A stretch of 64,000 bases of DNA from an uncultured bacterium (GTDB lineage Bacteria > Verrucomicrobiota > Verrucomicrobiia > Limisphaerales > UBA8199). How positions within the stretch are numbered: position 1 is the stretch's first letter; each line of letters begins with the position of its first letter. This document shows, piece after piece, positions 19,475 to 29,126 of this stretch. The notes beneath the pieces are model-generated. The model did not search any database. It was given only the letters and a program-made list of their open reading frames with translations, and was not told the DNA's origin. Position numbers and translations under genes: made by a program. The stretch covers positions 96,001-160,000 of the forward strand of contig CAVVMW010000005.1 of NCBI GenBank assembly GCA_963749495.1. Reading direction: 5' to 3'.

Positions 19475-20701
19475 ATGGGGTTCTGCAAGGGATTCAACGT
19501 GGTCAGGTCGGCAAGGGCGCGTCTGACGATGATTGGGTTGGCGGAGCTGGGCTATGGGACCAGTTTGGCCTCGCGCTCTGCGCGGCCGGATGTGGTGGCG
19601 ATGGTCGTGCTGCTGCTGCTCTTCCTGGCCTTCGGCCTCGAGGAGCGGCGCCGGCGGCGATGGGTCCTGCTGGGCCTGGCAGCGATCGCCCCCTGGGTCG
19701 GTCTGCAGGTGGCGCTCGACGCCGTGCTAGTCTGTTTCCTGGGCTGTGTTGTGTACGAACAAGTCCGGCTCGGCAACCTGCTATGCATCGGTCTGGGCGC
19801 GTTGGCAGGCGGGGGTTTGCTGGCCGCCTTCCTGGCCCGGCAGGACGCCCTGGCCCACTTCCAAGCATTTGTCAAGGCCGGCACGCAGGCCGCCGGCTTC
19901 AGGCAACTGGGCGACGCGCTCGCTAGTTACTTCAAGGATCTGAGTTGCGTTCCGCTGATTGTCGCGTTGGGATGCCTGGTCGCGCTGCGAGCCGGCCCCT
20001 TGCCCTGCCAGAGCCGGCGAATCCTCCTGCTGACTGCGCTGGTTTATCTGGCAGTCCCAATCGTTTTCAGCCTGTCGGGTCACTTCCGCGCCTATTATGG
20101 CTATCTCATCTGTCTGCCCTTGCTGCTAGCCTTTGGCCACGCTGATTCAGAGAGTTTGGGCAGCCAATCTTCGCGACATCGCGCTCTGGCCCGGTTGGTG
20201 CTGGTGGGCGCCGCCGCAGCCGCCGTCGGCCTCGGGCTGCCCCTGAGGCTCCTGCTGACCGCCGCTTTCTGCGAGGTGACACCCCGGGCCCAACTGATGA
20301 AGGTGGTGGCTTCCCGCGTCCATCCCGGCGATGTCGTCTTTTCCGAGTATTGCACTTTCTTCGAAGCAAAAAGGATCACACCGCAGGTCTATGTCCCGTT
20401 TTCAGCCCGGGGCCTCGGCTTAATCTCGAACTCGGGGTTAGAGCTGACGCCCAAACAAAGGGAGCAAATCAGCGTGATGATTGTCAGTCCTGGCCGAAAG
20501 GACCCGACCGCCCGCTATTTCGGGGGCGATTGGGTGGCCGTTACCGAGCCTTTCGGCGATTCAGTCGCCTTGGGCAAGTGGCCCCGTATCCCGGTGCTGG
20601 GCCGCTGTCTGCAAACTCTCTTCAGTCATGCGCCCGCCGCGCGGTTCAAGGTGCAGATATTCCGCAGAACGCCCGATGGCAGATCGGCAGATCCATCATA
20701 A
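19475..20701 (+). CDS. Polytopic membrane protein, possibly GT-C/ArnT-like, 5' end disrupted
   Basis: Many hydrophobic segments and an RPD motif. A possible original N-terminus at 19206-19337 is separated by a stop and unrelated sequence. Confidence 0.45.
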   Translation: MGFCKGFNVVRSARARLTMIGLAELGYGTSLASRSARPDVVAMVVLLLLFLAFGLEERRRRRWVLLGLAAIAPWVGLQVALDAVLVCFLGCVVYEQVRLGNLLCIGLGALAGGGLLAAFLARQDALAHFQAFVKAGTQAAGFRQLGDALASYFKDLSCVPLIVALGCLVALRAGPLPCQSRRILLLTALVYLAVPIVFSLSGHFRAYYGYLICLPLLLAFGHADSESLGSQSSRHRALARLVLVGAAAAAVGLGLPLRLLLTAAFCEVTPRAQLMKVVASRVHPGDVVFSEYCTFFEAKRITPQVYVPFSARGLGLISNSGLELTPKQREQISVMIVSPGRKDPTARYFGGDWVAVTEPFGDSVALGKWPRIPVLGRCLQTLFSHAPAARFKVQIFRRTPDGRSADPS

Positions 20702-20724
20702 GCAGAAATCAAAATAACTCATGT

Positions 20725-23085
20725 ATGAAGACGAAAAAGGCAAACGCCTGTCAGTTAACGGGGAAGAACCCCGCTTGGTGGTTGGCCGTGGCAGCCGGCA
20801 CGGCGCTGTCATTCATCTGGGCGGGCCTCGCGCCAGCCCGAGGCCAAACGGCTATCTACCTCGACCCGAAGCGGCCGATCGAGGAGCGGCTCGACAACCT
20901 GATGGGCCGGATGACGCTCAAGGAAAAAGTCGGGCAGCTCAACTTGCCTTGCGTTTATGTCAACGACCTGGGCACAGACATTCCCTCAAAGATGGAGGCA
21001 TGCAGGAAATTCACGGCTGGAACCTATACCCAGGAAATCGGTCCCGCGTGCGGGTTTTTCACCCTCGCCAATGAGATCCTCCACGAAGGCGCCCGCCAGC
21101 AGGCGCAATACTTCAACGAACTGCAGAAAATCGCGCTCACCCGGACGCGCCTGAAGATACCGGTGATGGAGGATGAAGAGGGCACGCATGGGGCCATGTT
21201 TCCGGGCGGCACGGTTTTCCCGGAGGGCCTGGCCGTGGGCAGTTCCTTCGACTTGGATTTGGTGAGGGCCATCTACGCGGCGGCCGCGGCGGAGGCTCGA
21301 GCGGTCGGCATCCACATGCTCTCGACTCTGGTGATGGAGGTGCTTCGCGACCCGCGCATGGGGCGCAACGAGGAGGCCTACACGGAGGACCCCTACCTTT
21401 ATATGCGCATCGGCGAGGCCATCGTGCGGGCAACGCAGGGCTCCGACATCTCGGCCCCGGACAAGGTCATCGCGGTGCTGACGGATTTTCCCACGCAGAG
21501 CGAACCGGCCAGCGGCCTGGAGCGCGGAGCCATCGAGGTCTCGGACCGTTGCTTGCGCGAGAGCTTCATGCCGCCCTGGATCGGGGCGATCACCAAAGCC
21601 GGGGGCCTGGGCGTGATGGCCGGTTACCCGGAAGTCGAGGACGTGCCGGCGCACGCCTCGGTGAAGTGGATGAACGACGTGCTGCGGCAGGAAATCGGTT
21701 TCAAAGGAATCGTCGAGAGCGAGGGCGGCGGCTTCGGGACCTTGCTCTATGAGCACATCGTTCCCACCCAAAAGGAAGCCGGGCTGCTGGGCTTGAGGGC
21801 CGGAGTCGATTTGAATATCACTTACGAGCCTGCCTACATGGGGCCCTTGGTCCAGAGCGTGGAAGAGGGGCGAGTCCCCATGGCGCTGGTGGATCGCGCG
21901 CTGCGCAGGGTCCTGGAGCAGAAGTTCCGCCTGGGCCTCTTCGAGAATCCCTACGTCAACGTGGACCACGCCGTCCAGGTCGTACACTCGCAAGCGAACC
22001 AGGACCTGGCCCTGCGCGCGGGCCGCGAGGGGATCGTGCTGCTGAAAAACGACCGGGCCCTGCTGCCGCTCAAGAAGGACTTGAAATCGGTGGCGGTGAT
22101 CGGCCCCAACGCCGATGACGTTATGAACCAACTCGGTGACTATTCGCCCAAAAAAGTCTTGCAGCATGTGACGACGATCATCGAGGGGATCAAGGCCGCG
22201 GTCTCGCCCCAAACCCAGGTCATCCAGGCGCGCGGCTGCGAAATCACGGGCACGGACAAGAACGGGTTGGCCGAAGCCGTGCGCGCTGCCAAGGGGGCCG
22301 ACGCCGCCATCGTGGTGGTGGGCGAGAGCCAGCATGGCCGGCGCACCGACGGGGAAGGGCACGATGTGGCGAGCCTCGACCTGTCCGGAGCGCAGGAGGA
22401 CCTGATCCGGGCGGTCTTCGAGACGGGCACGCCCACCGTCGTGGTGCTGATCAACGGCCGGCCGCTTTCCACGCGCTGGACCTCCGAACACGTGCCCGCC
22501 CTCGTGGAGGCCTGGGAACCCGGAGAGCGCGGCGGCCAGGCCGTGGCCGACGTCCTCTTTGGCAACTACAATCCCACCGGCCGGCTGGCCATCTCTGTTC
22601 CCCGGCACTCCGGCCAATTGCCGGTCTATTACAATTACAAGCCATCCAAGGCGGAGTGGGTGCAGCGGGGCTACGCCGATATGCCGGCGACGCCCCTCTA
22701 CCCCTTCGGTTATGGCCTGAGTTTCACCAGGTTCGAGTACAGTGATTTGCGCGTTGAACCGCAGGCCATCCATCCCGGCGGCGAGGCCCGCGTAACCCTC
22801 AACGTCAAGAACCTGGGCGACCGGCCAGGCACCGAGACGGTCCAACTCTACCTCCACGAGACTTACGCCCCGGTTTCAACCCCGGTCAAGCAACTCCGCG
22901 GATTTGAGCAAGTGGCGCTCAACCCAGGAGAGACCAAAACCGTAACGCTGAGGCTTACGCCGGAAGATCTCCAGTTGCTCGACATCAACCTGCGCTGGAG
23001 GGTCGTGCCTGGCGATTTTGAGATCATGGTGGGCAAGTCCTCGGCTGAAATAGTTCTCCACGCGAAGCTGAAGGTAAACCCGTAA
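20725..23085 (+). CDS. Glycoside hydrolase family 3 (BglX-like) with atypical active-site residues
   Basis: RMTLKEKVGQL, RDPRMGRNEE, IVLLKND, PLYPFGYGLS, Fn3-like C-terminus. Confidence 0.9.
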   Translation: MKTKKANACQLTGKNPAWWLAVAAGTALSFIWAGLAPARGQTAIYLDPKRPIEERLDNLMGRMTLKEKVGQLNLPCVYVNDLGTDIPSKMEACRKFTAGTYTQEIGPACGFFTLANEILHEGARQQAQYFNELQKIALTRTRLKIPVMEDEEGTHGAMFPGGTVFPEGLAVGSSFDLDLVRAIYAAAAAEARAVGIHMLSTLVMEVLRDPRMGRNEEAYTEDPYLYMRIGEAIVRATQGSDISAPDKVIAVLTDFPTQSEPASGLERGAIEVSDRCLRESFMPPWIGAITKAGGLGVMAGYPEVEDVPAHASVKWMNDVLRQEIGFKGIVESEGGGFGTLLYEHIVPTQKEAGLLGLRAGVDLNITYEPAYMGPLVQSVEEGRVPMALVDRALRRVLEQKFRLGLFENPYVNVDHAVQVVHSQANQDLALRAGREGIVLLKNDRALLPLKKDLKSVAVIGPNADDVMNQLGDYSPKKVLQHVTTIIEGIKAAVSPQTQVIQARGCEITGTDKNGLAEAVRAAKGADAAIVVVGESQHGRRTDGEGHDVASLDLSGAQEDLIRAVFETGTPTVVVLINGRPLSTRWTSEHVPALVEAWEPGERGGQAVADVLFGNYNPTGRLAISVPRHSGQLPVYYNYKPSKAEWVQRGYADMPATPLYPFGYGLSFTRFEYSDLRVEPQAIHPGGEARVTLNVKNLGDRPGTETVQLYLHETYAPVSTPVKQLRGFEQVALNPGETKTVTLRLTPEDLQLLDINLRWRVVPGDFEIMVGKSSAEIVLHAKLKVNP

Positions 23086-23160
23086 CGGAGCGTTATTGGG
23101 CGCCCGGGCGTATCTGGCCCGTACCAGCACCGCGGAGAGAGCCGCGGGTCGCCATCTCAG

Positions 23161-23275
23161 CAGCCCGAAGGGCTCTTGATCACTCAGCCCAGGGTTGCGC
23201 GGCACACGCTACCCTGGGTGTCAGGCCACCAAACGCTCAAACCCTGGGCTGAGTGATTCCGATCCCTTCGGGATG
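23161..23275. repeat. REPIN-like inverted element
   Basis: AGCCCGAAGGGCT...ATCACTCAGCCCAGGGT / ACCCTGGGCTGAGTGAT...ATCCCTTCGGGAT. Confidence 0.8.
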
Positions 23276-23576
23276 GATCGGGTATGCCGGCGTTGGGCCT
23301 GAGTGTTCATGCCGTGGTGGTACCGGCCAGATGCGCCCCGGTTGACCCCTCACCCTCACCCTTCCGCCTTCGGAAGGAGAGGGTCGGGGTGAGGGGTCCT
23401 GCACCGGACTTTGTACGACTTTGGTGCCTTTGTCGCGGCCTTTGTCGCGGCCTTTGTCGCAGCCTTTGTCGGATTGGACCGGTTTTCGACAAAGGTTGCG
23501 ACAAAGGTCGTGAAAGCCACTCCAAGGCTGGCGCAGTGGGGGGTGAGGAATCCCCCCCGCCGTCTCGCTCCCAGCT

Positions 23577-25058
23577 TCACTGAGGCCTTACAACGGAGCC
23601 CATTCTCTCGAAGTCAATGTATCCCTTGTCCACGTCCACTGCGATCAGGCGCACGCGCACTTTATCGCCCACGTCGATTCCGGGCGCGCCTCGAACGACC
23701 CGCCCTTCGGCGGGGAAGCTCAGGAGGCGCACATAGGTGCCCTTGGGGGCGGCGCCGGTGACCAGGCCGTCGAACACTTCGCCAACCCGCGGGGCGAGGA
23801 GGCTGGCAGCCACCACCTTGCGCATAAGGCGCTCGACTTTTCTGGCGGCATCCTCGCGTTCGGTGCAACGGGCGGCGACGGCGCTCAGTTCGGCCTCCGA
23901 GTAGGGCGCGGCGACCCCCGCCGTGGCGGCCAGGAGCAATCGTTGCGTGGCCAGGTCGGCATAGCGGCGGTTGGGCGCAGTCGAATGGGTATAATCGGTG
24001 ACGGCCAGGCCGAAGTGGCCTTCCTTTTCCAGGCCGGGAGACTCGACGATGTATTCTCCCGGGCCCAGCAGCTTGATGATGGAGAGCGAGAGGTTGGGGA
24101 AATGGGCAGGGTCGGCGGCCTGCCGTTGCTCCAGGAATTGGGCGAGGGCCCGGGGGTCCGCAACGGTGGGCAGGTGGACCCCGAACTGAGCGGCGATGGC
24201 CTGGAGGCGGTCCCAGCGGCGCGGGGTGCGAACCACCCGCCGGAGCGAGAGGGTATTGCTGGCTTTGAGATAGCGCGCGATGGCGACGTTGGCGGTCACC
24301 ATGAAATTCTCGATGATGTCCTCGGCGGCATTGTGCTCTCTGAGGGCCAGGCCCTTTACAGCGCCATCTTCCAGGACAGGCACCGGTTCGAAGGAGCTGA
24401 AAGCCAGAGCACCCTGTTGCTTGCGGCACGCGCCCAGCAACTCCGAGGTCTCCCGCTGGAGACGGAGCTGCGCCTCCATTCCGGGCACCCTCGAGATGGC
24501 TGGCGGCAGGGGGCCGCGCCCTTCCAGCCAGGCCCCGGTCGCATTGTAGGTCAGCTTGGCACAGTTGCGAATCCAGGCGCGATAGACCTCGCAACCGATC
24601 AGTTCGCCGGAGCTTTGCACCTGCGCCTCGATGACCACCGAGAGCCGGTCCTGGCCGTCGAGCAACGAAGTTAGATCGTTGGAAAGCTCGAAAGGCAGCA
24701 TCGGAAAGGTCGCCACGCCCGCATAGACCGAGACGGTTTGTGCCCCAGCCTGCCGGTCCGTGGCCGAACCCTGGGGGGCCGCAGAGGCGACCTCGGCAAT
24801 CCCCACCAGCAGACGGGTGGACCCGTCCCCGAGCTGTTCCACAAATTCCACCTGGTCCAGGTCACGCGAGGTGTCGTTGTCGATCGAGGACCACGCCACC
24901 GAACGCATGTCGCGCAGACCCGGCTCGGGGCCCGGCGGCGGACGGCGCCGAAACCTTTGCACCTCCTGGACAACTTCCGCCGGAAAGTCCGGTCGGAATC
25001 CGGCCTCGAGTACCGCCCGCCGCGCCCGGGCGTGCAAGTCAATTGGGACATTCGACAT
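23577..25058 (-). CDS. RNB-domain ribonuclease (RNase II/R-like, short form)
   Basis: SIDNDTSRDLDQ, IENFMVTAN, HFGLAV..YTHSTAPNRRYADL, C-terminal S1-like domain. Confidence 0.9.
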   Translation of the reverse strand: MSNVPIDLHARARRAVLEAGFRPDFPAEVVQEVQRFRRRPPPGPEPGLRDMRSVAWSSIDNDTSRDLDQVEFVEQLGDGSTRLLVGIAEVASAAPQGSATDRQAGAQTVSVYAGVATFPMLPFELSNDLTSLLDGQDRLSVVIEAQVQSSGELIGCEVYRAWIRNCAKLTYNATGAWLEGRGPLPPAISRVPGMEAQLRLQRETSELLGACRKQQGALAFSSFEPVPVLEDGAVKGLALREHNAAEDIIENFMVTANVAIARYLKASNTLSLRRVVRTPRRWDRLQAIAAQFGVHLPTVADPRALAQFLEQRQAADPAHFPNLSLSIIKLLGPGEYIVESPGLEKEGHFGLAVTDYTHSTAPNRRYADLATQRLLLAATAGVAAPYSEAELSAVAARCTEREDAARKVERLMRKVVAASLLAPRVGEVFDGLVTGAAPKGTYVRLLSFPAEGRVVRGAPGIDVGDKVRVRLIAVDVDKGYIDFERMGSVVRPQ

Positions 25059-25365
25059 GCGCCAGGATACGACCCAGGGCAGCGCAGGCGCAAGCCGAGC
25101 GTGGGGGGAGCGTGACAGGACCGAGCGCGTGAGACAGAATTCTTCTTGGACCTCCAGATCGAAGGTCCCAGATCCGATCTGGGCCTTCGATCCTTCGTTT
25201 CCTTCGTTTCCTTCCGTTCTTTCCCTGCGTCCCGCCGGCTGGGCACAGGAACAGAACACAAGGAAACGAAGGAAACGAACAGGCGGCCTGACAGCGACCG
25301 CGGGGTGAAAAAAAAGGCCACTGCGCAACTGCACAGTGGCCGAACGACCAGCTTGGCCTGAAAAA

Positions 25366-25818
25366 CTACTGCTGGTTGGCGCCGCCGCCACCACCGCCTC
25401 GGCGCCCGCCGCGGCCGCCGCCGAAGCCGCCGCCGAACAAAGTGAAGTAACCGATCATCGCGTTTTCCTTCATCTGGGCCTTTTGGTCGTCGGTCAGCTT
25501 GACGGTGCTCTTCACCGCCTTGTAATTCACCATTGCCATCTTGGCCTGAAGCTTGGCCACAGCCTCGACCTTTGCCGCGACGTCCGACTCGCTCGCGTTT
25601 TCGGCCAAGGCGGCCTGGACGGCCGCCTTCTGCGCCGCCTGCAGGTCAGTCCGCAATTGGGTCATTTGGTCGCGAGTGGCGTCCGTGACGGCCCTCCGGT
25701 CTTCCTGAGAGAGGATTTGGGCCCGGCCACCGCCGGCGGGTTGAGCGGCGGCGGTGAGTGCGCTCCCACAGAGGAGGCCCGCGGCCGCTAACGTATAAAT
25801 GAGAGTCCTTGTCTTCAT
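25366..25818 (-). CDS. Secreted helical hypothetical protein (Spy/CpxP-like LTxxQ)
   Basis: Signal peptide, LSQED and LTDDQK motifs, Gly-rich tail. Confidence 0.65.
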   Translation of the reverse strand: MKTRTLIYTLAAAGLLCGSALTAAAQPAGGGRAQILSQEDRRAVTDATRDQMTQLRTDLQAAQKAAVQAALAENASESDVAAKVEAVAKLQAKMAMVNYKAVKSTVKLTDDQKAQMKENAMIGYFTLFGGGFGGGRGGRRGGGGGGANQQ

Positions 25819-26194
25819 ATCCTAAGTCTTGATGCTGCTTGTTGGTTGATCATTGTTTCACCGTCAAGCCCTGGCGCCGAAACCGCCTGTGACTCAATCT
25901 CTGCCGCACTCGGTTCGCCCGCCTGGGCTTGGCACGGTCTTGCGACAAGTCCACAGACGCTGCCGCCTGCACGAAGGTTACGATTAACGATTCGGCCGAA
26001 ATTCAAGGCCGGACCCTGTCCCTCACCCCCTGGGGTAAACACCCCATTCACGAACCCTATGGCCTCCTCTACCCTTCCAGCACTGGCGTCTGGGCGCCTT
26101 CTTCAGAGGGATTCCTCATCCCCAACTCTCCTTCGCGTCCGGGCGCCGAGGTTTCCCGGGCAAGCTCCGAAGGGGAAATCCAATGAGCGCCGGC

Positions 26195-26647
26195 TCAAGG
26201 CCGCGGGGCGCAATGCCGGTTAAACCGCTCGTCCAGCCAGCACTTGCGCACGTCGTCGAGCAGGCGCACGAAATCCTCGAAGCTGTGCGGTTTGACCCGG
26301 TAGTCATACACGCCCAATTGGCGGGAGCGATCGATGTCCGATTGCAGTTTCGAGGAGGTCAGCACGACCACGGGGAGGGTATCGAATTGGGATTGAGTGC
26401 GCAGCCAGGCCAGGACGTCGAAGCCGTCCATCCAGGGCATCTTCAAGTCCAGAAGCATCAGGCCGGGCAGGGGGAATTTCGAGCGATCGCTGTAGCCGCC
26501 CGCCCCCGAGAGATAGTCAATCGCCTCCTGCCCGTTGTGTACGACAAACAACGGGTTGGGGATGTTGGCCCGGTCAAACGCGCGGCCCATCAGGAAGATG
26601 TCATTCTCGTCATCCTCCGCCAGCAAAATTGGAACATCGTTGAGCAT
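26195..26647 (-). CDS. Single-domain response regulator (Rcp1-like)
   Basis: ILLAEDDEND, LLDLKMP..DG, VVLTSS, VKP. Confidence 0.9.
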   Translation of the reverse strand: MLNDVPILLAEDDENDIFLMGRAFDRANIPNPLFVVHNGQEAIDYLSGAGGYSDRSKFPLPGLMLLDLKMPWMDGFDVLAWLRTQSQFDTLPVVVLTSSKLQSDIDRSRQLGVYDYRVKPHSFEDFVRLLDDVRKCWLDERFNRHCAPRP

Positions 26648-26832
26648 TGTTTTTCAAACCCCGCTCGGAATGACTCGTCTGCGGGTCTTGGATTAAGTTG
26701 ATGCAATATGGCATAGCCCGCCAGCCAAAACAACTGCGCGTTGTGAGGCCTCAGCGAAGGCGGGAGCGGCACAGGGGCCGACCCCTCACCCCGGCCCCCT
26801 CGGTCCATGGTTCGGGGCGTGGGAATCATCCC

Positions 26833-27027
26833 GTGTCGCGTAGCGACGCTGTGAAGGTAGCCGTGGACCTCGGTCCACGGTTCAGGGCGTGGGAATGGTC
26901 ACGCGTCGCGTAGCGACGCCTGACAGCGTCGCCGTTTTCAGGCGTCGCTACGCGACGCGGTCGAGCTTGGGCCATGGGTCCGTGGACTGGAAGTCCACGG
27001 CTACCATCGGGCACCGCTACGCGGTGA
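26833..27027. repeat. REPIN-like element (CGCGTAGCG / TAGCCGTGGAC family); further copies at ~41559-41735 and ~42130-42220
   Basis: GGTAGCCGTGGAC...GTCCACGG arms and inner CGTCGCGTAGCGACG hairpins. Confidence 0.8.
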
Positions 27028-27100
27028 GCCGGCGGCAATGACGCTCCCACCTTCACCGAGGCCTTACTGCACCTCGACCAGGCCGGGGCGATTGCGCAGA

Positions 27101-29126
27101 TCAGTTTTTGGGAACAGCCATGCCCGCGAACTCCTGGTGCAGCCGCGCATAGATCCCGCCCGCCTCCAAAAGCGCTCGGTGGGTCCCGCGCTCGACAATG
27201 CGGCCCTGGTCCAGGACCAGGACCAGGCCGGCCTTGCGAATAGTGCTCAGCCGATGAGCGACGACAAAGGCGGTACGCCCGCGCAGCAGGGCCTCCAGGG
27301 CCCGTTGCAGACGCGCCTCGGTCACCGTATCGATGGCGCTGGTCGCCTCGTCCAGCACGACAATCCGCGGGTCCGGCAGGAGCGCCCGGGCAAAGCAGAT
27401 CAATTGCCGCTGGCCCAGCGAGAGGGCGGCGCTCTTCTCCCCCACCTGCGTCTCCAGCCCCATCGGCAGGGCCTCGATCAAGTCCAGGCAATCCAGCGCC
27501 CGCAACGTCGCCCGGACCTCCTCCTGGCTCGCCTCGGGGCGCGCGAAGCGGATGTTGTCCGCTATCGAGCCTGAGAACAGGAAGTTGTTCTGCTGGACGG
27601 TCCCCATCCGGGCGTGGAGCGAGTCGCCGGCGACCTCGAGCAAGTCGCGCCCATCCACCAGCACCCGCCCGCCCGTGGGGAGATAAAACTTCTGGAGCAG
27701 GCCCACGACGGTCGTCTTGCCGCTGCCGGTGTGACCGACCAGGGCGACGGTCTGGCCCGGTTCGGCCACGAACGAGATGCCGCTCAGCACCGGCCGCCCC
27801 GGCTCGTAGGCGAAGGCGACGTTCCTGGAACTCGACCCGTCCGCGCAGCGCGCTCAGCGGCCGGGCGGCCGGGGCGTCCTCCCACTCCGGCCTAAGATCG
27901 ATGAGCCGGAAGAACCGCTCCCCGCCCGCCATGGCGGCCAGGGCCTGGTTATACTGGTTGCCGATGACCTGCACGGGATCGAAGAAGAAGTTGGCCAGGA
28001 AGAAAAACATCACCAGGTCCCCCGCCTCCATGTGCAGCCAGCCTTGCCAGCGGAGGGCGCCGTAGGCGCTGAGCAGCGCGGTGGCCCCCAGGAAAAGCTG
28101 GCTCTTCATCTGCAGCAGCGGGATGAACACCGCGCTGGCCCGCGCCACACCCACGTTGTTTTCCCCGTGCATATCCACAAGCTTGCGGAAAAACCCCGCG
28201 TTGATCTCCTGCCGCACGAAGGCCTGGGTGACGCGGATGCCCCCGACCGACTCGGCCAGGGTCGAGGTGAGCCGGCTCCAGGTCTCCTGGAGCTTGCGCA
28301 ACTGCCGGCTGACCTCGCGGCGGTAGCGTCCATTGACCACCCAGATGATCGGCACGAAGGCGAGCATGAGCGAGAAGAGCTTCCAGTTGTACCAGGCCAT
28401 CAGCCCGGCCGCGACGCTCATTTGCACCGCCTGGATCGTCACCACGAAGGCCACGTCCTGCACCGCCACGCGCACGTTGTCGATGTCCGAGGTCATCCGG
28501 CTGATGATGCGCCCGAATTTGGTCTTGTTGAAGAAGGACATCGGCAGGGTCGTCAGTTTGGCGAAGAGCGCCGAGCGCATGTCGTGGGCCACGGCCTCGC
28601 CCAACTCCAGTGCCAGGCGCTGTCGCAGGTGGAGCGTGACGACCATCATCAGCACCAGGACCAGGTAGGCCCCCGCGTGGACGTAAATGCCGTCCAGGTC
28701 CTGGCCCGCTATCGGCCCGTTGATGGTCTGGCCGATCATCCACGCCAGCGCCGGCAACTGAAGGCCCCGCAAGAACGTGAGCACGAACAGCCAGTTGCGC
28801 CGCGTCTTGTGTGGGCGCGTGTAGGTGAACAGGCGCCGGATCAGGTGCGCGCTCAGCGGCGCGCGATCCGCCTCCCGGTCTTCCATCGGCCGGAAATACG
28901 TGATGGACTCGCGCGGATTGCCGGGGGCAGCGCGCTGGCCGGCAGCGCGGGCATCCCCGCCGGCCTCACCCTGAGCCGACCCCGAACCCGCAAGGTTTTG
29001 GACTGCGGCAGTCCTCTGCCGCTTTCGCGCCCCCAGCCCCGACAAAGCGGCAGAGGACTGCCGCAGTCCAAAACGCTTCGCGGCTTCCGCCGCCATCTGC
29101 CAGAGGTTTGCCGCACTCCTATTCAT
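27101..29126 (-). CDS. ABC exporter, fused permease and ATP-binding domain (frameshift ~27825)
   Basis: TM domain, then Walker A GHTGSGKT, LSLGQRQ, LDEATS, AHRLST. Start overlaps the upstream stop. Confidence 0.85.
28995..29073. repeat. Palindromic REP pair inside the 5' region of the ABC gene
   Basis: GTTTTGGACTGCGGCAGTCCTCTGCCGCTTT ... AAAGCGGCAGAGGACTGCCGCAGTCCAAAAC, perfect arms. Confidence 0.9.
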
